Part shown: positions 49,801 through 62,737 of the stretch, in pieces | Layout of the letters: the number at the start of each line of letters is the position of its first letter | Position numbering within the stretch: the first letter of the stretch is position 1 | Source of the DNA: Podarcis tiliguerta | Lineage: Eukaryota | Assembly (NCBI GenBank): GCA_965153285.1 | Contig: OZ229115.1 | Length of the DNA stretch: 64,000 nt | Strand: one strand, 5' to 3' | Position numbers and translations under genes: made by a program | The notes under the pieces: model-generated | What the model saw: the letters and a program-made list of their open reading frames with translations, nothing else | Databases searched by the model: none | Told to the model about the DNA's origin: nothing

Positions 49801-52783
49801 AATTTTGGACTAGACTCAACTGATTAAATCTGAAACACTTTAACATTGTAAGCCTCATGTATTTAATTACATCATGGAACCTCTATTGCTTATCCCAAGT
49901 TCTTCCTTTTGTATCTTTCCTAGTTACATGGTAGTTTGGTCACTGTTTACTCTTAATAACCCTGGATCATCTGATTTTTCTCCTCCCCCCCCCCCCCATC
50001 AACCTTCAAGGGTCATTCCAGATATTCTGAGAATAAATGTACTGCAGTAGGGGCATGCCTTATGCACACTTGAATATACTTTTGGAAGTTCATCCGGTTT
50101 TAAGCCCACAGCTCCTAATTCAGAAAATGATAGGCAGATAAAATGTGAACAGTAAGAGTGAGAATGAAAAATATAGGTAAAAGGATGGAACACTTTCTTC
50201 CTCTCTGTCCTCCTCCTTTTCTTGCGGGATGGGATGGGATAAATGTGATTTGCACAATGGTAATATTTCCAACTGTAAAGTGATAGGTGAACTCTCCTGA
50301 AAAAAATTGTAGTCCAACAATCTCTAGAGAATTTTGCCCTACAGAATGCTTTCAAACATACACACACATTGGGAAGGGGAAGGAACTTTACTACACCCTC
50401 CCCAAGAAAAGCAACAATACTTTCTGAAAAGGGGAAAGGACAGCAAGCCTTGGGGAGGCCTTGCTAAAGATGTAAGAGGCCCTGTTGGTTTCCTTAACAG
50501 GAAATTACAGTATTGAGCATTTGCCTTGAAAAGCAGAGGAAACTATGAATACATGTTGCCCAGCAGGAAATTATGTTTGTGAGCATACTTTGGTGCATCA
50601 TTTCCAGTGCAGAAACAGTTGGCCCTTTCTGCCACTAGTTACAACTTTAACTTTCTCAAAGATAAGATGGTTTGGTTGTGCTTTTGTGGCTTCTTTGGGA
50701 GAGAATTGGCAGGCAAATTCAGTTTCAAGCCAGACCTGAATTTGGCAAATCTCGTCCTTGGCTTCCAGGCCCGTGCAGAGCTTGTCTGAGGCCCAGGGCA
50801 GAAGTCTTGTTATATAATAAAAGTTACAAAGTAAAAAAAAAAGCAGCCAGTCCAGTTACATAAGATGGCAGAGCCACTCAGCTTACCCCTCTGAAGCCCA
50901 GGGCAAGTGTACTGAGCTGCCCACCCCCCACTCTGCACAGTCTTGCTGGCATGGACTGAGATGTGAGATGAGCTGTTTCAAAATCTGCCAAATTCATATT
51001 CACTCCCTTCGCTGCAAGTACCGGTAATTGAAATGTCTCAAAGGTGTGGGAGATGTAGCTGCTAACAATGCTGTTCTCTAGGGTTTACCCACATTATTCT
51101 CCTTTGAAATGATTCTGGGTAACTTTTCTGGCTGCTGGCTGCTTTTATTAGTGAAATGCAAGCCAGCAGACCTTTCTAAGTTTTGCATCTGTGCCTATAA
51201 CCATGGTTTGAATGGGGTACTAGAAAGGTAAGTGAAAGGGGAAGGAAAAGTACGTGCTGGAAGGTTCATTGAGTTGTGGAGGATTGTGCACTAGTTGTAG
51301 GGCTGGTTGTGGCTTTTTTGCTTCAGTTACACATGTGGACATAGAACTTAAGGAACTCTCACTTATTTTGAGCAGCTGTTGCATCACCAGTTGTCTTACT
51401 GTTCCATTTGCTAATCTTCTGAAAAAAGATTCCTATGGAAATATGTGAGAGAGTTGAACAGCCAAAATTTTTCTTTGTCTGGCTAGTTTTGCAACACTCC
51501 AGCTCATATTTTGAGGAAGATGCTCAAATGTTCTTCACATATTGAAGGTCATTGCAGAAAACCAAAATCCTCTAAAAACTAGCACAGGGAGAAAATGATT
51601 TAGGATTTAGGTGATTTAGGTGTGAGCAAGCGTTGTTTACACCTGAAGCCTTCTCCCAGTGACTTCCACTCTTTGGGATGAGTTTGTCACAGAAGCACTT
51701 GGCTGAAATACCATGGATCTAGCTACATTAAATTCAACCCATTTTTCAGAAAGGTTTAGGGGCGAAGCTTACCTGTTGCAGTACCTGCTGCTAATGCAGT
51801 CTAGATCTTCTGTATGTCCTAGAGAACTCATTTCTGGCACATGACTTATGTGGAAGATGTCTGTCAGTGACTTCCCTCTTCTAATTAAGAACTGGTGTAT
51901 GGTGTGTTAAATCTTTCTATGTATAAATCTTTCCTACACTTTGTTTTTATCCTCTCTGGCCTCATTCATGCCAAATCTCCACAGGGACTGGGCCGATGAC
52001 CAGACATTACTAGACATTATTAAAGAAACAGGAGGGCTGCAAGGATGGAAGGTTTTATCATCTTGCCCAGGGTATATTCCTGCTCTGGGCTGCCTTTTCT
52101 GCTCCTTGTAGAACACAGCAAGAACTGGCAGGAGGCCTAGGAGCTGTCACTACATAAAGACAGCATCTGCCTGCCACTTGCCCAGGGTATGAACATAAGG
52201 TCAGGCTTGTCCTCTCAGCTTGTGTGTGAGGCCCAGACAGGGCTGGATTGAGGCAAGCACAGTAGCTCTCTGTGCTTGTACTACGGAAGTATGAGGAAAA
52301 GCCAACAGGAGGTGCAAGGGGAGCTCAGGGCTGGGGAGGAGAGAACTCTGCTCGCTACAGTTGAGGTGAGATCTTTTAAAACTGCACTCATCTCTTTGGT
52401 GTTTCTTCTTAGTAGACACTCAGACATAGAACAGGATGTGGGGAGTGGTCTGGAGAAGCCCCAGCTCTTTCACTTCCATTGTTTTCAAATCTCTCCTTTA
52501 AATGTCCTCTATACTCTCAGAGCAGGCCAGGATAGAAATAAATAACCTGCCAGTTTGCAACAAAAGCAAATAAATAGTAAATTCCTCAAACTGGTGAGTG
52601 TGGACAGTTTGGGAAATTGGTCACTGGGCTGCTAGCAATTAACTGGAGGCAATGCAGCATGAGGAGCTGAAGTGCAAATATTTGGGGGCCAGATACAAAT
52701 ATCAAAGACAGATTCTGCTTTCCCAATCCTCCTTCCTGTCATGCATGCTCTCTATATTTTTGGCGACTGCTCTGTGGTGCTTT

Positions 52784-52838
52784 AATAAATTTATTAGCCT
52801 ACCTTTTTAGTTCAAATTGAAACACACAATGTAATAAA
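52784..52838 (+). terminator. Candidate distal polyadenylation signals of KDM4A
   Basis: AATAAA at 52784 and 52833 in AT-rich context, with GT/T-rich sequence downstream. Other AATAAA hexamers occur near 50031, 50816, 52537 and 52569. Confidence 0.4.
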
Positions 52839-52959
52839 TATCAACATTTTTAAAAAGCAAGAGTCTGTACTCAGGATTTGTTAATAGCTTCTAGCATAGC
52901 TAGACACAACTGCCCTGTGGTTTCATATGGGTCTTGGGGCTGAGGTGGGGGATGCAATT

Positions 52960-52962
<3 letters not shown>

Positions 52963-53025
<63 letters not shown>
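52963..53025. repeat. (CT)n(GT)n compound microsatellite
   Basis: Directly visible. Confidence 0.95.
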
Positions 53026-53027
<2 letters not shown>

Positions 53028-53981
53028 GTAGTCCTGAATAGGATCAGAGTTTTGCTTCTCCTAGATGGGTTACTTTCCCATGTTGACAAGCCCTACCTGC
53101 CTCTCATTTCCATCTACACAGCATGTGCAGAAACCACCTTTTTGACCGCTGGACCTACTATTGGTCTCATCCACTCAATCTGTTGCAGCCTGTCTTCACA
53201 TGCAGGGGAAGTCCAACACTGTGGGTTTGAGACCCATTGGCTACCCACGCCTGGTTCAGCCAGCCAGTCGAAGCTGTTCCTGGTGTGTGTGGCCGCTGTC
53301 AGCTTCTAGGAGGCACAGGTGAGGGCTGAGGGCAGGATGAGGACCAGAGCCAGACACACTGCCCCAGAAGGAGCACAGTGTGACTTTCATCAGAGGTATT
53401 ACCCCTCCTTTCTAATGAAAATAATATATGGATGGGGAAGCATGATGTTTTCATTGAACAAGGTTGAAGAAAGGGTAACCACTGTTTACCAAAATGCCGA
53501 TGTGATAAAACCAGTTGGGTGCTGTGTAGCATGAATAGCTACTGAATGATAAGGAATGGCAACACATATGGGAAGCAAGCCTGAGCAAGTTTTTGCAGTG
53601 CTCATATCACTCAGAAGAGAGTCAAGGAAGATGCTGTAGCTCTGTGGACTTGTAAAGAGTTTCAGTGTCTCCCTGTGTTGTTGACTCTTGCTTTGGCTTA
53701 TCGGAGCATAACAGGAGTATTGGGGAATGGGAAAAGCAGCTCTATGGAGACCAGGCTCACAGCAGCATTTTTCCTTCTCCCCACAACCATTTCCATCATG
53801 GAAGAAGGGAATTTTTATCTGTATACTATGCCTGGTTTTTTGTTTTGTTTTGTTTTTTACTTCTCTGAATGTCTTCATTTTAAGATTTCTCTTCTACCCT
53901 AGTAACTCTGGCCTCCCACTAAGATTCAGTACAGCTTGTGCTATGCTATTTGGATATATTCTTTACAATATTTATTAGTCA

Positions 53982-54190
53982 TTGCATTTGTAGCCCACCT
54001 TTTTCTCTAAAGATCTCAAGATGACGTACATGGTTCTCTCTCTCCTCACTTAATCCTCACAACAGTTCTGTGAGGTAGGATAAACTGAAGGCAGCGACTG
54101 GCCCAAGGTCACACAGTGAGTTTCATGGTTGAGTGGAGATTTGAACCCAGTTCCTAGCCCAACTCTTTAACCACAACACAATACTGGCTG
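53982..54190 (-). mobile_element. tRNA-derived CORE-type SINE (older copy)
   Basis: CCTCACAACA...GTGAGGTAGG...GACTGGCCCAAGGTCAC...GATTTGAACCC. Confidence 0.75.
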
Positions 54191-55928
54191 GTGTGGCAGC
54201 TACCTTGGGTTAAGCAGACTTATGAAACTGCATTTCCCTAAAGTGTGGATAGTAATGGATTCAGGAGCTATTTTGGCATGCAAGTGGTATATAAATAAAG
54301 GAAGTCACCCTGGGTATCTTCATATGTTGTGTGCTGATGAAAGAGTCCCAGAGCCCAGTGAGTCCCTCAGCAGCAAACAGTGTTTATGGGGAACTGTTAG
54401 CATTCATTTGCTTTCTAATCTATGCCATGAATGCTCTGCTGCTTGCAGACACTCTTGGGTTACCTGTCTGGCCTTAGCTCAGGGACGTAATAAGAAGTGG
54501 GCTTACTTGCAAGCTGTTCCTTGTGAATTGTGGTGATTCACAGGAGACCTCAGGGAAGGCTGCTTGCCAGCAATTAATGCCCTGAAGACTCGGAGGGCAT
54601 TGTCCCATAGCAACATTGCTCTGCCAGAGCTCTGTGCCTGTATGGGAGGGGGGAGTGGTGGAGCGTAGGCAGGCAGATTGGAGTACAAAGCAATTTAATT
54701 AGCTGTGAGCCTTCTTGTATGTCTCTTAGGGAAGGAGTACTTGGCAGATTGAATGCTCACTCCCACTACCCTTTTGTGAGGCCTTTTGCCAGGACTACTT
54801 CTCAAGATCGTTGTGGATGGAATAGTGAAACTGCTGAAGAAGAAGAAACCTTGCAAACCTTGCCTTCCTGTGCTGAGACAGAATTTGTATCAACTCCAAT
54901 ATCCTAAAAGAATGACTTTGATTGTGTAGGCTGCAAATATTCCATACCATTAAATTCTGCACCATAAGAACTAAAATGCTGGATAAATTATGGGCTGGGT
55001 GGATTTATAAATCAAGGTAGGGATGTTCATGATTTGCTGCCTGCATCAGTGGGGCATCATGTCACACTGCAGGGTGATTGGTAGGTCTGATGTGGTACCA
55101 TATAGTGCCACTTTTAATCTAGCAGGCACTCAGCATGAACTGACCTTAGCACTCCAGAGGCCCCTTGAACCCCTGTCCATGTAACACAGGGGAGAGGTGG
55201 TGGCCAGATGAAAGCAGAATGTCTGAGCTTACAGGCACAGTACTGGCCAGGCCAAAAGTTGTCCTGGTGTTATTCCTAGTTGACTAGCACACCTTCCAGT
55301 GCTAAATAGCAGGATGTCACAGAATCCTTTGCATTAGACATCCCTGCAGCATCCTGTGTCTTTTGTGTGAGATGTCAGAAGTCTTGTGTGCTGCTAAGCA
55401 CTTCAACACATGCCATTTCTGACCAAGCAGGTGCACTGCCCAAAATGAGATGTTCCTGTTGCTAGGCAACTGCCCAGTGTTGTCCCCTCCTCACTCTGTT
55501 TCCCTCCTCAAATATCCATGCAGCCAGGACTAAAATGTAATAGCAGTGGTGGACCAGCTAATTAGACATGGACGTAATGCTTGGCCCCCTGTGCTTTAAC
55601 ATTATGAAGCATGCGCCCAGGAGACACGGTGCTAAGTGAAGGGATGTGAAGACAAAGGCTTTCTTTTGCATGAGTCACCAGCTATCTACCAACAGTCTAT
55701 CCAGTACTATAGGCAAACACCTCCACCTGAAAGATACTCTTTCCTGCCAAGGGGCAATAACACAACACCACCAGGCGTTCTGCAGATAGCAATGTAAACA
55801 ATTCATATGCCTTGTACATGTTTTACTGTTGCTGACCTCCACACATTTATACATGCATTATACCATTGTACATGTGTACTCTAGGCAAAAACCTGCCTTT
55901 TGCAACATGTCTGAGTGACTTGCTCCAC

Positions 55929-55959
<31 letters not shown>

Positions 55960-56050
55960 GTAATTTATTATTCATACCCCGCTCATCTGGCTGGGTTTCC
56001 CCAGCCACTCTGGGCAGCTTCCAACTGAATATTAAAAACAATAAAACAAT
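55929..56050 (-). mobile_element. L2-type 3' terminal fragment with (AAT)n repeat
   Basis: ATACCCCGCTCATCTGGCTGGGTTTCCCCAGCCACTCTGGGCAGCTTCC; reverse-oriented copies at 57315-57370 and 59517-59571. Confidence 0.7.
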
Positions 56051-57101
56051 ACTGAAGGACAAATCTCTCCATAGACCCTTCCCTCCTGTAGCAGGTGCAT
56101 GCAGCCTATGCTGGAGTATTCGCCTGCCCTAGGGGTGGGAGAGAAAGGAGGTTCTTTTGGGGGCTGATTACTCTGTTTCAGATTGACAGTTCAGCTTTTA
56201 CTCTCTGAAGAGTTGCCAGGATAACAGATGCTGTTGCATGAATTCAGTCATCCTGCTCCCGGGGATATTTTTAGGTCCGCTAGTGAACAAGCATAGAATT
56301 TGGAACCTGAGCCATCAGCTCCTTTCAGAGTCAGCAGTTCAGAATGGCAAAGCAGTTTTGGCAGTCTGTCGCTAAGGAAGATGCTTCGGAATCCAGGTGA
56401 GGCCAGGGCTCAGCAATTCAAGGTAGGATTTGGGGATGGGGGAGCACTCTCATTTGAAAAGCAACTCTGACCGCAAAAGAGAGATTCCACTGCAGAACAG
56501 CATTGCCATTAATACATCTCTTGACTGTAGGGGATTTGGGGAGTGTCAAAAAGCCACTGTTCAAGTTCTGGTTGTGTTTTTATAATATTCAGAGCTGGAT
56601 ATGGTGCACTGTGGTGTGGGTGTATTGTACAGCTGGTAGCAAATGCAAAACAAACTGATTAGATGTGTATAGAAATAGATTTGCAGATATGAATCCGAAT
56701 GAATGCAGAAAATATGCCAGGGCTGCTGCTTGTGAGAGATCAGCACATGATATACTATTCAGATGGCTTATCTGTGAACATGTTTCAAATTCCTAAAAAT
56801 GTCACAGGTTCTATCACAAAGAGCACTGTGTGAAACAGTCCACCCTAGAAAGCGCTGGCACTCTTAAAATGCATGAATGCTTTTGGAAGAAGCTGGGGGT
56901 GGGGTGGGAAGAACTCGTGCAATCATACAGAGGAGAGACAATATCATGCCTAAATCTGGCCAATTGCATCCTGAAAGTTTCCAAGCAAACAGCCAATCAT
57001 AGAAGCAAGAGAGTTCTAATACATTCTTTTCAGGTAACTCTCTGATCTCCAACAGGCTCTAACAGTTATTCTCTAATCAGCTGATTTAAGTTAGATAATT
57101 T

Positions 57102-57290
57102 CAGACCCTCCAAGTGTCCCTATTTCCCAGGGATGTCCCTGATTTATAGAAGCCATCCTGGTTTCTGATTTGATCCCGGAATGTCCCACTTTTCTTAGGA
57201 TGTCCCTATTTTCATTGGAGAAATGTTGGAGGGTATGACATGATCTGACCCCCCAAGCTGTCTGAAGGCAATCCTCTATAGGGAAGTTTT
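57102..57290. mobile_element. CCCTCCAAGTGTCCC-family short element
   Basis: Parallels 17023-17248; CAGACCCTCCAA...TTGGAGGGTATG inverted ends. Confidence 0.7.
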
Positions 57291-57435
57291 TTTATGTTTA
57301 TATATACTGTATGTTAGAAGCTGCCCAGAGTGGCTGGGGAAACCAAGTAAGATGTGTGGGGGTATAAATATATTTTAACTTCAAAACAGCTGTGGGGGTT
57401 GGGGCTGAGTCAGATCAGAGATTTGGCACTGGCAG

Positions 57436-57670
57436 ATTGAAATACTTTATTGTCACTTGTACAACTTGTATACAGTGAGATTACACGAGCACCCCCCACT
57501 CAGCTCTCTTAGTCTTAATTCCCCTCGTTTACTGATGCACACCCACCAAACCCGAAAGTCAGTTGCCCTGTTGTTATCTTTTCATTCAGCAGCCTAACAA
57601 CCCACGGATTGAAGCTGTTCTTTACCCTGTTGGTGCGACTAATCATGCTTCTGTATCTTCTGCCTGAGGG
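57436..57670 (-). mobile_element. Rex1/Babar LINE 3' end
   Basis: The - strand encodes PSGRRYRSMISRTNRVKNSFNP, the characteristic Rex1 C-terminal motif, followed by GACAATAAAG. Confidence 0.8.
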
Positions 57671-59494
57671 CCTATTATTACTTTCTTTAAATTTCCATAT
57701 TGCCCTTCATCTGAAGATCACAGGGTGGTTTACAATATAAAAACACATGCATTTCTATTTATCTAAGTAATACATTTCCAAAAATGCTGTTATTTTTCCT
57801 GGGAGAGGGGAGAATACAGGCAACATGATACATGTACCTGCATGCTTTCCCTCATGAGGCAAATGGGGGAGGAAGGGTATGTAGATTTAGACTGGGCATG
57901 GGAAGATGTAAATGCTCCCTTTCTCAGCACTTCCTCACTGATTCAATTTGCACACACCCACACCCCAAAAAATCTGGTTTGAACAGCAACTCCGTGTTTC
58001 TAATCTAGCTTTCACCTACAGTAAATGCATGATGCATGCCAATTGCATTTGTTACATGTGTACAAATGTTTGCATTGTAAACACCACAAAGTATGAAGGA
58101 GGAACGTGTGAAGGAAGAGGTGAGTAATGGACTTCTGCCAGGCCACAGCTGCCATGCACTGTATGCATTATCTACAGGCTTTTTGCTTCACACTTTCCAG
58201 TGCTCATTGCCACAAAGACTGATGTATACACAACAAAGTGTTGGCCATGTGACGTAAGAACTGACTCACGTCAGAATCACTCAGGCAAGACTCCTTTCTC
58301 ATGGAATCATTATACATGGCTGGCTCAACTGCATAAACAACCCAGACAATTATTTAAGATACTGATATTTTTCTGGCTACTAAGGCTGCATATTAACTGA
58401 GAGGCATGTCCCAGGGTCCCCCTGCAGGGTCACAGTGGGTTCTAAAAAGCAAAGGTAGCTGTGTTGGTCCAAAAGAAAAAAAACCTCCAGAGCTGAGCGA
58501 TACCTTTCTTGGAACCCATCCAAATATCACTGAAGTGTGGCAAACTTCTATAAGTCTTAAACAAGCACACAAAGCAGAGGGTGATGGGGCAAGGAAAAAT
58601 CAACTAGTAAAAAATTAGACACATGAAAGCTGGAGTTAGTGAGAGGCTGACTAGAGGTAGGCTACAGCCACTCATTTAGCACAATAGATTCCTGAGGATG
58701 ATGGATGATGAATTATCGCTGCTGAAATCCTAGATCAGTGTCCCAAAGAGGTGCGAGTCCTGCATGCATTGTTCATTTATTGGCCTTTTTGTACATCTGG
58801 CCATAGTCTGAGTCAGAGAGTTGAGTATCAGCAGAACTTCCTCTTCCACTTAGTTCGCTGAGCTTAGTTAGTGAGGAGGATAGCTACTCCCTGGGGCTGC
58901 ACCTGAGCTCTCTAACATTTTGTTAACAATTACAACTATGGGACTCGGCTTATCACCCACAGAGCAGCCTCTGCTTACTTCCATTAAGTTAAAAGGCTCC
59001 TGCTGGGATGCTTTTCTGAGAGACACCTGGAATAGACTAAGTTAGCAACAAGATATGATGAGAAAATTAATGGAACCTATTTGCACATTGATTGATTCCT
59101 CACCGTGCCTTTATCTATTCTGTTGATCATAACTTCCTGGCTTTAAGAAACACAGGAATTTTGTCTCATTTAAAATAATTATTTGCTTAGTAGAATATAT
59201 ATAAGACATGGATTTAGAGGAGAGGGAAGAAGAAGAGAGCTGCTTAGGGAAGCAAAGTTCTCTGATAGCAGGAAAGTGTGTGTCCTTTTCACCATTGTAT
59301 GTGTTGTGAAGTACTAAGGATAACAAACACAGCACACCTAAGACCACTGGCTGCCCAAAGGACACGTCTGCACCTTCCCCACCCTCTTCAGTGCTGGTAA
59401 CAGGACATTGTCCTCCACTGGGCTTGAGGGCAGTAGGCTAGTTAGGGGATACAGGGCAGGATGCATGGTGCACTCTGCTTCCAACAGAGATAAT

Positions 59495-59610
59495 AGTATT
59501 TTATTTTAATCTTTTGTTGGAAGCCACCCAGAGTGACTGGGGAAACCCAGCCAGATGGGCAGGGTAGAAATGAAGAAGAAGAAGAAGAAGAAGAAGAAGA
59601 AGAAGAAGAA
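59495..59610 (+). mobile_element. L2-type 3' end with (GAA)n tail
   Basis: GGAAGCCACCCAGAGTGACTGGGGAAACCCAGCCAGATGGGCAGGG followed by 13 GAA units. Confidence 0.7.
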
Positions 59611-61050
59611 GCAGCAGCTGAGTGGCAGCCACACAAACACACACCTCTGCCACCTAACACAATCACTTCACTCTCTGGGTTGGTCCTGTGAGCAGCGCAT
59701 GAACCTTTGAATGTGCAAAGCTATTGTCTGACTATTGGCGAGGCAACCCACAAATTGACCAGTTTCAACAAGGAGAAATAGCAGGGATGGGTACAACTCA
59801 GAAGCAATCACCAGAAAACAAACACAACAGAGCTGTTTTCCAACTGCCACTTCTCCCCCACGTCACCCCCTCACAATTACAGCAATTGCAGCCTTTCAGA
59901 GAAAGAAGTACTAAATAAAAGAACAAGATCTTATAAGAGATCATAGTTTTTACACTTCACAATTTGAAAGAACAAAATATGTTCCTAGAACAGGGAGTAT
60001 AGACTCAAAAGATTAAGCAGAGTTGCAAATTATGACCAACTTAAGCCCATCTTTTATAAATAAAAGAGGTGAATTTAAATTTATAAACTTTAGATTTGCA
60101 AAAGGAAGGGATCAGATAATGGTGATTCCCCCGAGTTAAGTCCCTGTAATTCTATCCTACTTCTCCTCTTCTGCCCCATTTTCCTTTCCATCCCTATTTA
60201 GGCAGCCATTTCCTTCTCCCCTTTTATGCAGGATAATAATACGGCGATGATTCTTTTTCTTCTTGGTTCTGGACATTCCTGCTGAGAAAGGGGTGAAGTG
60301 GAGAGTTGCACATGCCAAATAAACCTTGGACTTTTTCTTATGTGCTCTCTTCTTGAAAGCATCAGTAAATCCCAGAGAAGCTGTACGACATTGTAACGTT
60401 GTTTAATCAAACTTAATTACTTCCTAGTTTTTATGTCCTCTTAGCGACATCCAGCTTGACATCTGTTTGAAAATACCATTTAATGTGAAACAACACATTA
60501 AAGCCCTAAACACCACCCAGTAATCATAGCCCTAATCTTCTAGGTGGCAGTTAGATGGTTGCCTGCAAAGACTGATCCTGAGTGAACAGTTTCAAGATTC
60601 AGTTGTCTCAAGATTCATTGTGGCAGGAAATCTGATTTTGTTGTGGAGGCTTTCCAGCAGGTAAGACACCTGAGAACATGGAGTTGTGTTTCCAGAGAGA
60701 CAAAACACAGGCTGAATAACAAATGAGAACCTTGTTGCTGTCTGTCTTAACTACCTAGATAATTGCTAATCTCACCTTTTCTCAGAAGCAGGTCATTGCC
60801 TATATCAGAGGTCATTTGGTTTGTGAGTGAACACTGGAGAAGAGGTGAGTGGTCGAACCCTCCAGCATCCAGCCATGACGAGGCCTTTTAGTTTTTTGTG
60901 CTCAGCGTGGGGTGTGATGAGGGATTGTTGTGATGAGCCATGACTGGATTCTTGTTGTTTCTGTACCTTGTACATAGTGATAGCTTGCCCCAACTGCTTA
61001 AAGTGGACTTCAGTTGAAGGTGCTGAATAATACTAATCCTTATCACATTC

Positions 61051-61254
61051 AGGTAGGTAGCCGTGTTGGTCTGAAATAAATAAAAAACTTTAAAAATTGT
61101 CCAGTAGCACCTTAGAGACCAACTAAGTTTGTTCTAGGTATAAGCTTTCGTGTGCATGCACACTTCTTCAGATCTGGACTACTTGACAATTTTTTGTAGT
61201 GCTGCTGGACAATTTTTTAATTTATTTCGACTGCATCAGACCAACATGGCTACT
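61051..61254 (-). mobile_element. Penelope-like element terminal remnant with inverted partial copy
   Basis: GTAGCCGTGTTGGTCTGA...AATTGTCCAGTAGCAC mirrored by GTGCTGCTGGACAATT...TCAGACCAACATGGCTAC; hammerhead core between them. Confidence 0.8.
61137..61173 (-). ncRNA. Minimal hammerhead ribozyme motif (PLE type), helix I truncated
   Basis: The - strand reads AU-CUGAAGA-A-GUGUGCAUGCACAC-GAAA-GC-UU-AUACC. Confidence 0.7.
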
Positions 61255-62596
61255 TTATCGCATTATTTCACAGGGACCAGGTCTCTCCTTAAGAATTGCT
61301 TTACGAACTATGTATCTTTGTTAAGGCGTTTAAGCTCTGTTAAGCCAACCCAGCAGCTGCCAGTATCTTATTTCATTAGTAATTAGGTTCAACAATACCT
61401 TTTGTCACTAAATCTTGTTTACTTTTATTAATTTCAATGTCCTGCACTTAGTTCTGTTGGACAGTACACCTATCCTCTCACAAATTTGGGCCTAGTTAGA
61501 CTTGGTAGCATGAAATGGGTCTAACCCCCACCCCACACCCCACAGGGCATTTCCAGTAGGTGACAGCCTATAACAAATCAGATAAAGAGTGAACAAATGA
61601 CACCTTGATGTTGTAACTGATATTATCATGGTCCTGGGATAGTATTGTTGCAGGGTCTGATTGACTATTGTTGCTCGTGAGAGTAGCTGTTTTAAATTAG
61701 GGAGCCATCTGTAAGCAAGGACAGACCTCCTACTCAAGCACTATGAGAAGGGTATCTCATTGTCTAAGATGAGCACTGATGATACATTGGAATGCTTTAG
61801 GTGGAGCTGTGAGTGAAAAGAAATTGTGTTATGTTGCTTCCTCTCTTGGGTATGTCCTGAAAAGGAAAAAAAAAGTGAATAGCATGAGAAGAGCCCTGAT
61901 CGTTCAGTCAGATGACCACTGTCAAGCATTCTGCTCCCACAGTGGCCAACCAGATGACTATGGGAAGCTGGCAGCAAAAGTCCTCTTCCATTTGTTGTAG
62001 TAGGAAATGTTGAAATGTTTCATTTAATCCAAACAGAGTTTAGTGGATTAAGTCTCTTTCCATATGTTATCTCAGGCAGCTTTAGAAACTAATGCAATTT
62101 CTAGAGCCAATTTCTTGGTTAGTTCTGTCGGCTTTGAGGACTGCCTTATATGCTGTTCATATTATCCTTGGAGGATTGAATTATTTCCTTGAGTGCAGGG
62201 TGGCAGAGCTAACACAGTTGAGAGGAAAATCCAAATCCCTTCATTTTCACCAGTTCTTCATATTGCTTAAGATTATGATTGGGGGGAGGGGATGGCACCT
62301 CTGTTGTGTCCTTATTTTTAAAATTCTGATAGGGAAACACAACACCTGACATTTTATCATCTAGTGAAGTAGTCTTCATATGCCAGGGATAGGAGGACAT
62401 GTTGAAGTGTTTATGAGAAATATGCAAATACCAAATACAATTGGTTTTTTAAATGGTGGCAATCAGTCCAAGCTGAACATAAGCTGAACAAAGTCCACTT
62501 GGTCTTCTTGTGTCATGTGCAAAATAATGACTGATCTGTAGTAAAAATATGACCTGTAGTTTTATGGATCAACGTTGCTACACAATAATAATGTGG

Positions 62597-62737
62597 AAAG
62601 TTCCAGGTTCAATCCCTGGCATCTCCAGTTAGGGTTGGAAAAGACTCTTACCTGAAACCTTGAAGAGCCATGTTGGGCAACACTGAGCTGGATAACGAAT
62701 GATCCGAATCAGTATAAGGCAGCTTTCCTTATTCCTA
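62597..62737 (+). mobile_element. tRNA-derived SINE (5' truncated)
   Basis: Box B GGTTCAATCCC, CTGAAACCTTGAAGAGCC, tail CAGTATAAGGCAGCTT. Confidence 0.7.
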
